Source: Octopus sinensis
Taxonomy: Eukaryota
DNA: 64,000 bases
Direction: 5' to 3'
Assembly: GCF_006345805.1 (NCBI RefSeq)
Contig: NC_043014.1
Coordinates: 45,508,001-45,572,000, forward strand
The notes beneath the pieces were generated by a model. That model ran no database searches and was not told where the DNA came from. It was given only the letters and a program-made list of their open reading frames with translations. How positions within the stretch are numbered: position 1 is the stretch's first letter; each line of letters starts with the position of its first letter. Positions 11,956 through 24,301 of the stretch are shown here, piece after piece. The position numbers were made by a program, and so were the translations under genes.

Positions 11956-14900
11956 TGACAAAGCATATAAATTTTAGAGGATTTCAACTGCTATTTCTAG
12001 CAGACTAAGCCACAACATACAGGCACACTTGTTGGCTCATGTTAGCTAAAATAGAAGTGGAATATGAGTGACCCAGCATGGCCACAATCTACTGACTCTC
12101 TTACTCTTTTACTTGTTTTAGTCATTTGACTGCGGCCATGCTGGAGCACCACCTTTAGTCAGGCAAATCGACCCCGGAACTTATTCTTTGTAAGCCCAGT
12201 ACTTATTCTATCGGTCTCTTTTTGCCGAACCGCTAAGTGACGGGGACGTAAACACTAGCATTGGTTGTCAAGCGATGGTGAGGGGACAAACACAGACACA
12301 CAAACATATACACACACATACATATATATATATACATATATACGACAGGCTTCTTTCAGTTTCCATCTACCAAATCCACTCACAAGGCATTGGTCGGCCC
12401 GAGGCTATAGCAGAAGACACTTGCCCAAGATGCCACGCAGTGGGACTGAACCCAGAACCATGTGATTGGTAAGCAAGCTACTTACCACACAGCCACTCCT
12501 GCGCCTGACTGAAGCAAGTAAATGATAAAGCATAAAAATTTTAGAGGATTTCAACTGCTATTTCTAGCAGACCAAGCCACAACATACAGGCACACTTGTT
12601 GGCTCATGTTAGCTAAAATAGAAGTGGAATATGAGTGACCCAGCATGGCCACAATCTACTGACTGAAACAAGTAAATGACAAAGCATAACAATTTTAGAG
12701 GATATTGACTGCTATTTCTAGCAGACCAAGCCACACCATGCAGGCACACTTGTTGGCTCATGTTAGCTAAAATAGAAGTGGAATATGAGTGACCCAGCAT
12801 GGCCACAATCTACTGACTGAAACAAGTAAATGACAAAGCATAAAAATTTTAGGGGATTTCGACTGCTATTTCTAGCAGACCAAGCCACACCATGCAGGCA
12901 CACTTGTTGGCTCATGTTAGCTAAAATAGAAGTGGAATATGAGTGACCCAGCATGGCCACAATCTACTGACTGAAACAAGTAAATGACGATGCATAAAAA
13001 TTTTTTAGAGTATTTCAACTGCTATTTCTAGCAGACCAAGCCACACCATGCAGGCACACTTGTTGGCTCATGTTAGCTAAAATAGAAGTGGAATATGAGT
13101 GACCCAGCATGGCCACAATCTACTGACTGAAACAAGTAAATGACAAAGCATAACAATTTTAGAGGATATTGACTGCTATTTCTAGCAGACCAAGCCACAC
13201 CATGCAGGCACACTTGTTGGCTCATGTTAGCTAAAATAGAAGTGGAATATGAGTGACCCAGCATGGCCACAATCTACTGACTGAAACAAGTGAATGACAA
13301 AGCATAAAAATTTTAGAGGATTTCGAATGCTATTTCTAGCAGACCAAGCCACACCATACAGGCACACTTGTTGGCTCATGTTAGCTAAAATAGAAGTGGA
13401 ATATGAGTGACCCAGCATGGCCACAATCTACTGACTGAAACAAGTAAATGACAAAGCATAAAAGTTTTAGAGGATATTGACTGCTATTTCTAGCAGACCA
13501 AGCCACACCATGCAGGCACACTTGTTGGCTCATGTTAGCTAAAATAGAAGTGGAATATGAGTGACCCAGCATGGCCACAATCTACTGACTGAAACAAGTA
13601 AATGACAAAGCATAAAAGTTTTAGAGGATTTCGACTGCTATTTCTAGCAGACCAAGCCACACCATGCAGGCACACTTGTTGGCTCATGTTAGCTAAAATA
13701 GAAGTGGAATATGAGTGACCCAGCATGGCCACAATCTACTGACTGAAACAAGTAAATGACAAAGCATAAAAGTTTTAGAGGATTTCGACTGCTATTTCTA
13801 GCAGACCAAGCCACACCATGCAGGCACACTTGTTGGCTCATGTTAGCTAAAATAGAAGTGGAATATGAGTGACCCAGCATGGCCACAATCTACTGACTGA
13901 AACAAGTAAATGACAAAGCATAAAAGTTTTAGAGGATTTCGACTGCTATTTCTAGCAGACCAAGCCACACCATGCAGGCACACTTGTTGGCTCATGTTAG
14001 CTAAAATAGAAGTGGAATATGAGTGACCCAGCATGGCCACAATCTACTGACTGAAACAAGTGAATGACAAAGCATAAAAATTTTAGAGGATTTCGACTGC
14101 TATTTCTAGCAGACCAAACCACACCACACAGGCTCACTTGTTGGCTCATGTTAGCTAAAATAGAAGTGGAATATGAGTGACCCAGCATGGCCACAATCTA
14201 CTGACTGAAACAAGTGAATGACAAAGCATAAAAATTTTAGAGGATTTCGACTGCTATTTCTAGCAGACCAAACCACACCACACAGGCTCACTTGTTGGCT
14301 CATGTTAGCTAAAATAGAAGTGGAATATGAGTGACCCAGCATGGCCACAATCTACTGACTGAAACAAGTAAATGACGATGCATAAAAATTTTTTAGAGTA
14401 TTTCAACTGCTATTTCTAGCAGACCAAGCCACAACATACAGGCACACTTGTTGGCTCATGTTAGCTAAAATAGAAGTGGAATATGAGTGACCCAGCATGG
14501 CCACAATCTACTGACTGAAACAAGTAAATGACAAAGCATAACAATTTTAGAGGATATTGACTGCTATTTCTAGCAGACCAAGCCACACCATGCAGGCACA
14601 CTTGTTGGCTCATGTTAGCTAAAATAGAAGTGGAATATGAGTGACCCAGCATGGCCACAATCTACTGACTGAAACAAGTAAATGACGATGCATAAAAATT
14701 TTTTAGAGTATTTCAACTGCTATTTCTAGCAGACCAAGCCACAACATACAGGCACACTTGTTGGCTCATGTTAGCTAAAATAGAAGTGGAATATGAGTGA
14801 CCCAGCATGGCCACAATCTACTGACTGAAACAAGTAAATGACAAAGCATAACAATTTTAGAGGATATTGACTGCTATTTCTAGCAGACCAAGCCACACCA

Positions 14901-17900
14901 TGCAGGCACACTTGTTGGCTCATGTTAGCTAAAATAGAAGTGGAATATGAGTGACCCAGCATGGCCACAATCTACTGACTGAAGCAAGTAAATGACAAAG
15001 CATAAAAGTTTTAGAGGATTTCGACTGCTATTTCTAGCAGACCAAGCCACACCATGCAGGCACACTTGTTGGCTCATGTTAGCTAAAATAGAAGTGGAAT
15101 ATGAGTGACCCAGCATGGCCACAATCTACTGACTGAAGCAAGTAAATGACAAAGCATAAAAGTTTTAGAGGATTTCGACTGCTATTTCTAGCAGACCAAG
15201 CCACAACATACAGGCACACTTGTTGGCTCATGTTAGCTAAAATAGAAGTGGAATATGAGTGACCCAGCATGGCCACAATCTACTGACTGAAGCAAGTAAA
15301 TGACAAAGCATAAAAGTTTTAGAGGATTTCGACTGCTATTTCTAGCAGACCAAGCCACAACATACAGGCACACTTGTTGGCTCATGTTAGCTAAAATAGA
15401 AGTGGAATATGAGTGACCCAGCATGGCCACAATCTACTGACTGAAGCAAGTAAATGACAAAGCATAAAATTTTAGAGGATTTCGACTGCTATTTCTAGCA
15501 GACCAAGCCACACATACAGGCACACTTGTTGGCTCATGTTAGCTAAAATAGAAGTGGAATATGAGTGACCCAGCATGGCCACAATCTACTGACTGAAGCA
15601 AGTAAATGACAAAGCATAAAAGTTTTAGAGGATTTCGACTGCTATTTCTAGCAGACCAAGCCACAACATACAGGCACACTTGTTGGCTCATGTTAGCTAA
15701 AATAGAAGTGGAATATGAGTGACCCAGCATGGCCACAATCTACTGACTGAAGCAAGTAAATGACAAAGCATAAAAGTTTTAGAGGATTTCGACTGCTATT
15801 TCTAGCAGACCAAGCCACACCATGCAGGCACACTTGTTGGCTCATGTTAGCTAAAATAGAAGTGGAATATGAGTGACCCAGCATGGCCACAATCTACTGA
15901 CTGAAGCAAGTAATGACAAAGCATAAAATTTTAGAGGATTTCGAATGCTATTTCTAGCAGACCAAGCCACACCATGCAGGCACACTTGTTGGCTCATGTT
16001 AGCTAAAATAGAAGTGAATATGAGTGACCCAGCATGGCCACAATCTACTGACTGAAGCAAGTAAATGACAAAGCATAAAATTTTAGAGGATTTCGAATGC
16101 TATTTCTAGCAGACCAAGCCACACCATGCAGGCACACTTGTTGGCTCATGTTAGCTAAAATAGAAGTGGAATATGAGTGACCCAGCATGGCCACAATCTA
16201 CTGACTGAAACAAGTAAATGACAAAGCATAACAATTTTAGAGGATATTGACTGCTATTTCTAGCAGACCAAGCCACACCATGCAGGCACACTTGTTGGCT
16301 CATGTTAGCTAAAATAGAAGTGGAATATGAGTGACCCAGCATGGCCACAATCTACTGACTGAAACAAGTAAATGACAAAGCATAACAATTTTAGAGGATA
16401 TTGACTGCTATTTCTAGCAGACCAAGCCACACCATGCAGGCACACTTGTTGGCTCATGTTAGCTAAAATAGAAGTGGAATATGAGTGACCCAGCATGGCC
16501 ACAATCTACTGACTGAAACAAGTAAATGACAAAGCATAACAATTTTAGAGGATATTGACTGCTATTTCTAGCAGACCAAGCCACACCATGCAGGCACACT
16601 TGTTGGCTCATGTTAGCTAAAATAGAAGTGGAATATGAGTGACCCAGCATGGCCACAATCTACTGACTGAAACAAGTAAATGACAAAGCATAACATTTTA
16701 GAGGATATTGACTGCTATTTCTAGCAGACCAAGCCACACCATGCAGGCACACTTGTTGGCTCATGTTAGCTAAAATAGAAGTGGAATATGAGTGACCCAG
16801 CATGGCCACAATCTACTGACTGAAGCAAGTAAATGACAAGCATAAAAGTTTTAGAGGATTTCGACTGCTATTTCTAGCAGACCAAGCCACAACATACAGG
16901 CTCACTTGTTGGCTCATGTTAGCTAAAATAGAAGTGGAATATGAGTGACCCAGCATGGCCACAATCTACTGACTGAAACAAGTAAATGACAAAGCATAAC
17001 AATTTTAGAGGATTTCGACTGCTATTTCTAGCAGACCAAGCCACACCATGCAGGCACACTTGTTGGCTCATGTTAGCTAAAATAGAAGTGGAATATGAGT
17101 GACCCAGCATGGCCACAATCTACTGACTGAAGCAAGTAAATGACAAAGCATAAAAGTTTTAGAGGATTTCGAATGCTATTTCTAGCAGACCAAGCCACAC
17201 CATGCAGGCACACTTGTTGGCTCATGTTAGCTAAAATAGAAGTGGAATATAAGTGACCCAGCATGGCCACAATCTACTGACTGAAGCAAGTAAATGACAA
17301 AGCATAACATTTTAGAGGATTTCGAATGCTATTTCTAGCAGACCAAGCCACACCACCATGCAGGCACACTTGTTGGCTCATGTTAGCTAAAATAGAAGTG
17401 GAATATGAGTGACCCAGCATGGCCACAATCTACTGACTGAAACAAGTAAATGACAAAGCATAACAATTTTAGAGGATATTGACTGCTATTTCTAGCAGAC
17501 CAAGCCACACCATGCAGGCACACTTGTTGGCTCATGTTAGCTAAAATAGAAGTGGAATATGAGTGACCCAGCATGGCCACAATCTACTGACTGAAACAAG
17601 TAAATGACAAAGCATAACAATTTTAGAGGATATTGACTGCTATTTCTAGCAGACCAAGCCACACCATGCAGGCACACTTGTTGGCTCATGTTAGCTAAAA
17701 TAGAAGTGGAATATGAGTGACCCAGCATGGCCACAATCTACTGACTGAAACAAGTAAATGACAAAGCATAACAATTTTAGAGGATATTGACTGCTATTTC
17801 TAGCAGACCAAGCCACACCATGCAGGCACACTTGTTGGCTCATGTTAGCTAAAATAGAAGTGGAATATGAGTGACCCAGCATGGCCACAATCTACTGACT

Positions 17901-18487
17901 GAAGCAAGTAAATGACAAAGCATAAAAGTTTTAGAGGATTTCGACTGCTATTTCTAGCAGACCAAGCCACAACATACAGGCTCACTTGTTGGCTCATGTT
18001 AGCTAAAATAGAAGTGGAATATGAGTGACCCAGCATGGCCACAATCTACTGACTGAAACAAGTAAATGACAAAGCATAAAAATTTTAGAGTATTTCGACT
18101 GCTATTTCTAGCAGACCAAGCCACAACATACAGGCACACTTGTTGGCTCATGTTAGCTAAAATAGAAGTGGAATATGAGTGATCCAGCATGGCCACAATC
18201 TACTGACTGAAACAAGTAAATGACAAAGCATAACAATTTTAGAGGATATTGACTGCTATTTCTAGCAGACCAAGCCACACCATGCAGGCACACTTGTTGG
18301 CTCATGTTAGCTAAAATAGAAGTGGAATATGAGTGACCCAGCATGGCCACAATCTACTGACTGAAACAAGTAAATGACAAAGCATAACAATTTTAGAGGA
18401 TATTGACTGCTATTTCTAGCAGACCAAGCCACACCATGCAGGCACACTTGTTGGCTCATGTTAGCTAAAATAGAAGTGGGAATATGA
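11956..18487. repeat. 154-bp tandem satellite, about 40 copies
   Basis: Unit TGACAAAGCATAAAAxTTTTAGAGGAT...GCTATTTCTAGCAGACCAAGCCACAC...GGCTCATGTTAGCTAAAATAGAAGTGGAATATGAGTGACCCAGCATGGCCACAATCTACTGACTGAAACAAGTAAA. The 154-nt period is visible in the ORF-track spacing. Confidence 0.97.
12098..12505 (-). mobile_element. tRNA-headed SINE (family A), full copy inserted in the first satellite unit
   Basis: Head GGCGCAGGAGTGGCTGTGTGGTAAG...GGTTCAGTCCC (A/B-box-like), tail GAAACAAGTAAAAGAG, 5-6 bp TSD (C)TGACT. Other copies: ~2686-3065(-), 6622-7052(-), 21320-21620(-), 34975-35250(+), 51055-51450(-), 59433-59800(+), 62383-62797(-). Confidence 0.9.
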
Positions 18488-18772
18488 TAGCATATCCTCA
18501 CAATGATCACACATGGCCATTCTTCAGATTCAACCTTGGAAATATATTGGATATGTCTGCCTTTTCATATCAGAAATGGTTCTAATTCTTAGTCACAAGC
18601 ATGATTAATGTATTGATTTTGAAATTTTCTGCATTTTTTTTTTCTTTCTTTTATCGCATTTTTTTTTTCTGGTTTTGTTTTGTTTTTCTGTGTGGAAGGA
18701 AGAGAGATTGAATTAATCTTTAACAAATGCAGGTCCTTTCTCGAAAGCTTGCTAATTAATTTGTCTTCTGGA

Positions 18773-18839
18773 TCACTGCCAATGTCCAGCGACCAACTTC
18801 CTTTCAGGTTGATATCTTTTACTGGGTACTACATATTGA
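18773..18839 (-). CDS. Candidate terminal exon (N)QYVVPSKRYQPERKLVAGHWQ*
   Basis: Long pyrimidine-rich acceptor (ttttctgctctcatttcaatttcctgatcgctttctgatcaatag|), phase 2, ends in TGA. An alternative frame (KDINLKGSWSLDIGSDPEDKLISKL) is also open. Confidence 0.22.
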
Positions 18840-20103
18840 CTATTGATCAGAAAGCGATCAGGAAATTGAAATGAGAGCAGAAAATTAAGTTTCAGCATGT
18901 ATAATTACATACTTTCAGTGGTGGTGGTGCTGCTGGTGGGGAGCCTCTATATGGTTGTTTATTCTGCTAGAAATTGCAGCCAAGTGCCATGAAATTATAG
19001 CTTACCATCTTAAAAAAACTCTGAAGAGCACATGAGACATTGGCAGTTCTAGACATCATCATCATCATCCTTTAATGCCTGTTTTCCATGCTGGCATGGG
19101 TTGGATGGTTTGACTAGGAAGACGGTGACCTGGCAGAATCGTTAGCACGCCGGGCGAAAATGCATAGCCGTATTTCATCTGCCGATACGTTCTGAGTTCA
19201 AATTCCGCCGAGGTCGACTTTGCCTTTCAACCTTTCAAGGTTGATAAATTAAGCACCAGTTACGTACTGGGGGTTGACGTAATCGACTTAATCCCTTTGT
19301 CTGTCCTTGTTTGTCCCCTCTATGTTTAGCCCCTTGTGGGTAGTAAAGAAGTAAGAATGGAGAAAGGCGGCGAGCTGGCAGAAACGTTAGCACACCGGGC
19401 GAAATATTTAGTGGTATTTCATCTGCCGATACGTTCTGAGTTCAAATTCCGCCGAGGTCGACTTTGCCTTTCATCCTTTTGGGGTCGATAAATTAAGTAC
19501 CAGTTATGCACTGGGGTCGATGTAATCAACTTAATCTGTTTGTCTGCCCTTGTTTGCCCTCTCTGCGTTTAGCCCCTCGTGGGTAGTAAAGAAATAGGTT
19601 TGACTAGAGCTAGCAAGTAGAAGAGCTGTATCAGGTTCTAGTCTGATTGGGTTTGGTTTCTACAGCTGGATGCACTTCCTAATGCCAACCACTTTACAGT
19701 GTGTGTTGGGTGTTTAAAACATAGCACTGGCATGAGAGTTTTTTTGCGTGACATCTGCACAGGACTTTTGCAGGCCAATTCTTTATGCCAGGGAATGCAG
19801 CCTTAACACTTCTGCTATGGAGGCTGGGCCTTCTTGATTAGGATGGGTCTTACAAAAAAAAAAAAAAAAAAGGGATGGTCAGCTGAAACACCAAGCAATT
19901 AATGCTGTTCTGGAGCTAAACTACTGTCCATTTTCGACATGTAAAAGCAAACATAATTTCATTTTATTTCTATGCATAAAGGAAGAGACAGAAACTGTCG
20001 ATTTATGTGAATATTTCTTTTAGATTATTGAGAGTTGCTTTGTTGGAGTAATTATATAATTTATGGTTTCTCCCTTCATGATAATAATAATAACAACAAC
20101 AAC

Positions 20104-20134
<31 letters not shown>

Positions 20135-20368
20135 TAATCCTTTCTGCTATATGTAAAGTCCAGAAATTTTGCAGGAGGTGTCTTGTTGATTTTATCAACC
20201 CTAGTACTTGACTTGTACTCACTTTATGGGCCATGAAAGTTTGAAAGGCAAAATGTCTTTTTGTGGAATTTGAACTCAGAACATAAAGCTGAAAGAAATG
20301 CTGCTAAGCTATTTGTCTAGTTTTCTAACAATCCTGTCAGCGCACTAACAATGCTCATAATAATAATG

Positions 20369-20587
20369 ACAAGAGCACTCAGAAAGCACAAACCTCTGCC
20401 AAGGCAACACCAGTATCTTCTCAACGATTAGCCAGAGCTGATTTTTTTTAATGAGAGTATTTGAAATAAACTCAACTGCTTCTCAAGTTCCAAATGTGAA
20501 TTTGTCTGTGTTAACTAAATCCTAAAGATGGAACCTTGTATCTTTGTTGAAAACCAGCTCTCTCCTCAGTGGAATGTTTATAATAAT
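20369..20587 (+). mobile_element. Short non-autonomous element sharing the 3' end of the RLE LINE
   Basis: The last ~100 bp align by eye with 10728-10825; it sits in an (AAT)n context. Confidence 0.65.
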
Positions 20588-21058
20588 CAAGTGGCCGTTG
20601 CCAGCGCCGCCCCGACTGGCCTCTGTGCCGGTGGCACGTAAAAAGCACCATCTGATCGTGGTCGTTTGCCAGCCTCGCCTGGCACCTGTGCAGGTGGCAC
20701 ATATAAAGCACCCACTACACTCTCGGAGTGGTTGGTGTTAGGAAGGGCATCCAGCTGTAGAAACACTGCCAGATCAGACTGGGCCTGGCGCAGCCTTCTG
20801 GCTTCCCAGACACCGGTTGAACCGTCCAACCCATGCTAGCATGGAAAACGGACGTTAAACGATGATGATGATGAAAAAATAGAAGAGACATACAAATATA
20901 CACATACACTCGCATATATAGTTTGGTGTATGCAACTGAGTCAGTATTAAATTAAAATGGTCCATTGGCATTTTGCAGTACCAGTGAGTGTATTATTCAT
21001 TGTTTCCTATTTGAAAGGTGACTAATCTTGTCTAGACATGTGGCTGGCTATCAGTTAC

Positions 21059-21135
21059 TTGTCATTGACAAAGCCCAACATAGCAGAAATGCACCTGGCA
21101 TTCTCATTAGCTTCTGCTAGGATGATTTTTCTAGT
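21059..21135 (-). CDS. Candidate exon TRKIILAEANENARCISAMLGFVND
   Basis: Open frame, weak acceptor, donor |gtaact. Chosen mainly for phase compatibility. Confidence 0.17.
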
Positions 21136-22985
21136 CTCTTTCCAATATGTGGTATGGTTTTAAACACAGTATTTTCATAAGAGATTTTATATCAAAATGA
21201 AAACTACAGTAACTTGCTTGTCAATCGTGTATATACATTTAGTATGATACATAGGTAGCTAAATATTAATAGCTTAACTCAGCCTTGTATCATCTTTTTT
21301 TTAATCTTTTATGAGTTTCAGGCATTAGAATGTGGCCATGCTGGGGCACCACCTTAAAGGATCTTTAGTCAAATGAATCGACCCCATTCCTTTTTTTTAA
21401 GCCTTGTACTTGTTCTATCAGTCTCTTTTGCTGAACTGCTAAGTTACAGGAATGTAAAGACACCAACACACACACATACACACATTCTGGGCTTCTTTCA
21501 GTTTCCATCTACCAAACCCACTCACAAGGCTTTAGTAGAAGACACTTACCCATAGTACCACGCAGTGGGACTGATCCCGGAACCATGTGGTTGGGAAGCA
21601 AGCTTCTTACCACACCGCCATACCTTCACCTGCATTATTTGAAGTTTGGTAGATGTAAAGCCACAACTAGATAATCGGATGTAGTGGAATGAACCTGGAA
21701 CCTCAAGTTTGTGAGAAAAATTTCTTAAAGAAACAATTAGCCTGCACCCAATCTTGTATCTCTATTTTCTTATGCTAGTTTCAGTCATTGGACTGCAGCC
21801 ATGCTGGAGCACTGCCTTGAAGGGTTTTAGCCAAATGAATCAATCCCAGTATGTATTTTTTAAAGCCGGGTACTTATTCTGCCTCTTTCACTGAATCGCT
21901 AAGAGATGTGGATGTAAGCAAACCAACACCTGTTTTCAAGCGGTGGCGGGAGACAAGCAAAAAGACACATGCACTTAGATTCTTTTATTTTTCTTTTATT
22001 CTTTTATTTGTTTCAGTCATTTGACTGTGGCCATGCTGGAGCATCGCCTTTAGTCAAACAAATCGACCCCAGGACTTATTCTTTGTAAACCTAGTACTTA
22101 TTTTATAGGTCTCTTTTGCTGAACAGCTAAGTTACGGGGATGTAAGCACACCAACATCAGTTGTCAAGAAATGGTGGAGGCACAAACACAGGTACACAAA
22201 CACACACATGATGGGCTTCTTTCAGTTTCCTATTTCTTTACTACCCACAAGGGGCTAAACACAGAGAGGACAAACAAGGACAGACACACGGATTAAGTCG
22301 ATTATATCGACCCCAGTGTGTAACTGGTACTTATTTAATCAACCCTGAAAGGATGAAAGGCAAAGTCGACCTCGGCGGAATTTGAACTCCGAACATAGTG
22401 GCAGACGAAATACCTATTTCTTTACTGCCCACAAGGGGCTAAACACAGAGGGGGACAAACAAGGACAGACAAACGGATTAATTCAATTATATCAACTTCA
22501 GTGCGTAACTGGTACTTATTTAATCGACCCCGAAAGGATGAAAGGCAAAGTCGACCTCGGTGGAATTTGAACTCAGAACGTAGCGGCAGGCGAAATACTG
22601 GTAAGCATTTTGCCTGGCGTGCTAACGTTTCTACCAGCTTGCTGCCTTTCAGTACCTGTCTACCAAATCCATTCACAAGGCTTTGGTCGGCCTGAGGCTA
22701 CAGTAGAAGATACTTGCCCAAGGTGTCACACAGGGACGTATACATATGCACATTTACATACATACAGTTGTTAAGCAGTGGTAGGGGACAAACACAAACT
22801 CAAAGACACACACATATGTACATAGATACACACATACGCACACACACATACATCAGGTTTCTTTCAGTTTCCATCTACTAAATCAACTCAAGGTTTTGGT
22901 TGGCCCAAGGTTATAATAGAAGATGCTTGCCCTAGGTGTCACAGTTAAAACTGAACTCGGAACCATGTGACTGGAAAGCAAGCTT

Positions 22986-24125
22986 CCTATTTCTTTATTG
23001 CCCACAAGGGGCTAAACACAGAGGGGACAAACAAGGACAGACAAAAGATTTAAGTCAATTACATCGACCCCAGTGCATAACTGGTACTTAATTTATCGAC
23101 CCCGAAAGGATGAAAGGCAAAGTCGACCTCGGTGGAATTTGAACTCAGAACGTAAGAAATGTCTAGTTCTTTACTACCCACAAGGGGCCAAACACAGAGC
23201 GGACAAACAAGGACAGACAAAAGATTTAAGTCAATTACATCGATCCCAGTGCGTAACTGGTACTTAATTTATCGACCCCGAAAGGATGAAAGGTAAAGTC
23301 GACCTCGGTGGAATTTGAACTCAGAACGTAAGAAATGTCTAGTTCTTTACTACCCACAAGGGGCCAAACACAGAGCGGACAAACAAGGACAGACAAAAGA
23401 TTTAAGTCAATTACATCGATCCCAGTGCGTAACTGGTACTTAATTTATCGACCCCGAAAGGATGAAAGGTAAAGTCGACCTCGGTGGAATTTGAACTCAG
23501 AACGTAAGAAATGCCTAGTTCTTTACTACCCACAGGGGGCCAAACACAGAGCGGACAAACAAGCACAGACAAAGGATTTAAGTCAATTACATTGATCCCA
23601 GTGCGTAACTGGTACTTAATTTATCGACCCCGAAAGGATGAAAGGTAAAGTCGACCTCAGTGGAATTTGAACTCAGAACGTAAGAAATGCCTAGTTCTTT
23701 ACTACCCACAAGGGGCCAAACACAGAGCGGACAAACAAGGACAGACAAAGGATTTAAGTTGATTACATCGACCCCCAGTGCGTAACTGGTACTTAATTTA
23801 TCGACCCTGAAAGGATGAAAGGTAAAGTCGACCTCGGTGGAATTTGAACTCGGAACGTAAGAAATGCCTAGTTCTTTACTACCCACAAGGGGCCAAACAC
23901 AGAGCGGACAAACAAGGAGCCAAACACAGAGCGGACAAACAAGGACAGACAAAAGATTTAAGTCAATTACATCGACCCCAGTGCGTAACTGGTACTTAAT
24001 TTATCGACCCTGAAAGGATGAAAGGTAAAGTCGACCTCGGCGGAATTTGAACTCAGAACACAAAGACAGACGAAATACTGCTATACATTTCGCCCTGCGT
24101 GCTAACGATTCTGCCAGCTCGCCGC
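22986..24125 (-). repeat. Six-unit tandem array (~176-177 bp) of SINE family B body
   Basis: Repeated TTCTTTACTACCCACAAGGGG...GAAAGGATGAAAGGTAAAGTCGACCTCGGTGGAATTTGAACTCAGAACGTAAG; units start near 22990, 23167, 23344, 23519, 23696 and 23872. Confidence 0.92.
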
Positions 24126-24217
24126 AAGCTTCTTACCACACAACCATACCTGCACCAATGCACCCTAATTCAACTTTTTTTTTGTGGGTGGGATGTTGCT
24201 GCCAGAGTCATTCTAAC

Positions 24218-24301
24218 CATTCTAATAGCTCTAAGTGTTTGGTAGTTTGGTGAAAGGAATTGCTTTACAAATGCTACTGTTTGCTCTCTAAAGTGAAATT
24301 C
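24218..24301 (-). CDS. Candidate exon EFHFREQTVAFVKQFLSPNYQTLRAIRM
   Basis: Acceptor tttaccttgtcaag|, weak donor |gttaga, 28 open codons. The aligned plus frame has two stops. Confidence 0.22.

Noticed and set aside
11956-18487. CRISPR-like array (constant plus variable parts)
   Set aside because: Variable parts are point variants of one sequence, not unique spacers; eukaryotic context; no cas genes.
12609-18510. ~30 near-identical 65-aa ORFs (MAMLGHSYSTSILANMSQQV...) as a tandem gene family
   Set aside because: They are a by-product of the 154-bp period: overlapping ORFs, frequent indels, TE-derived sequence and no promoters or splice structure.
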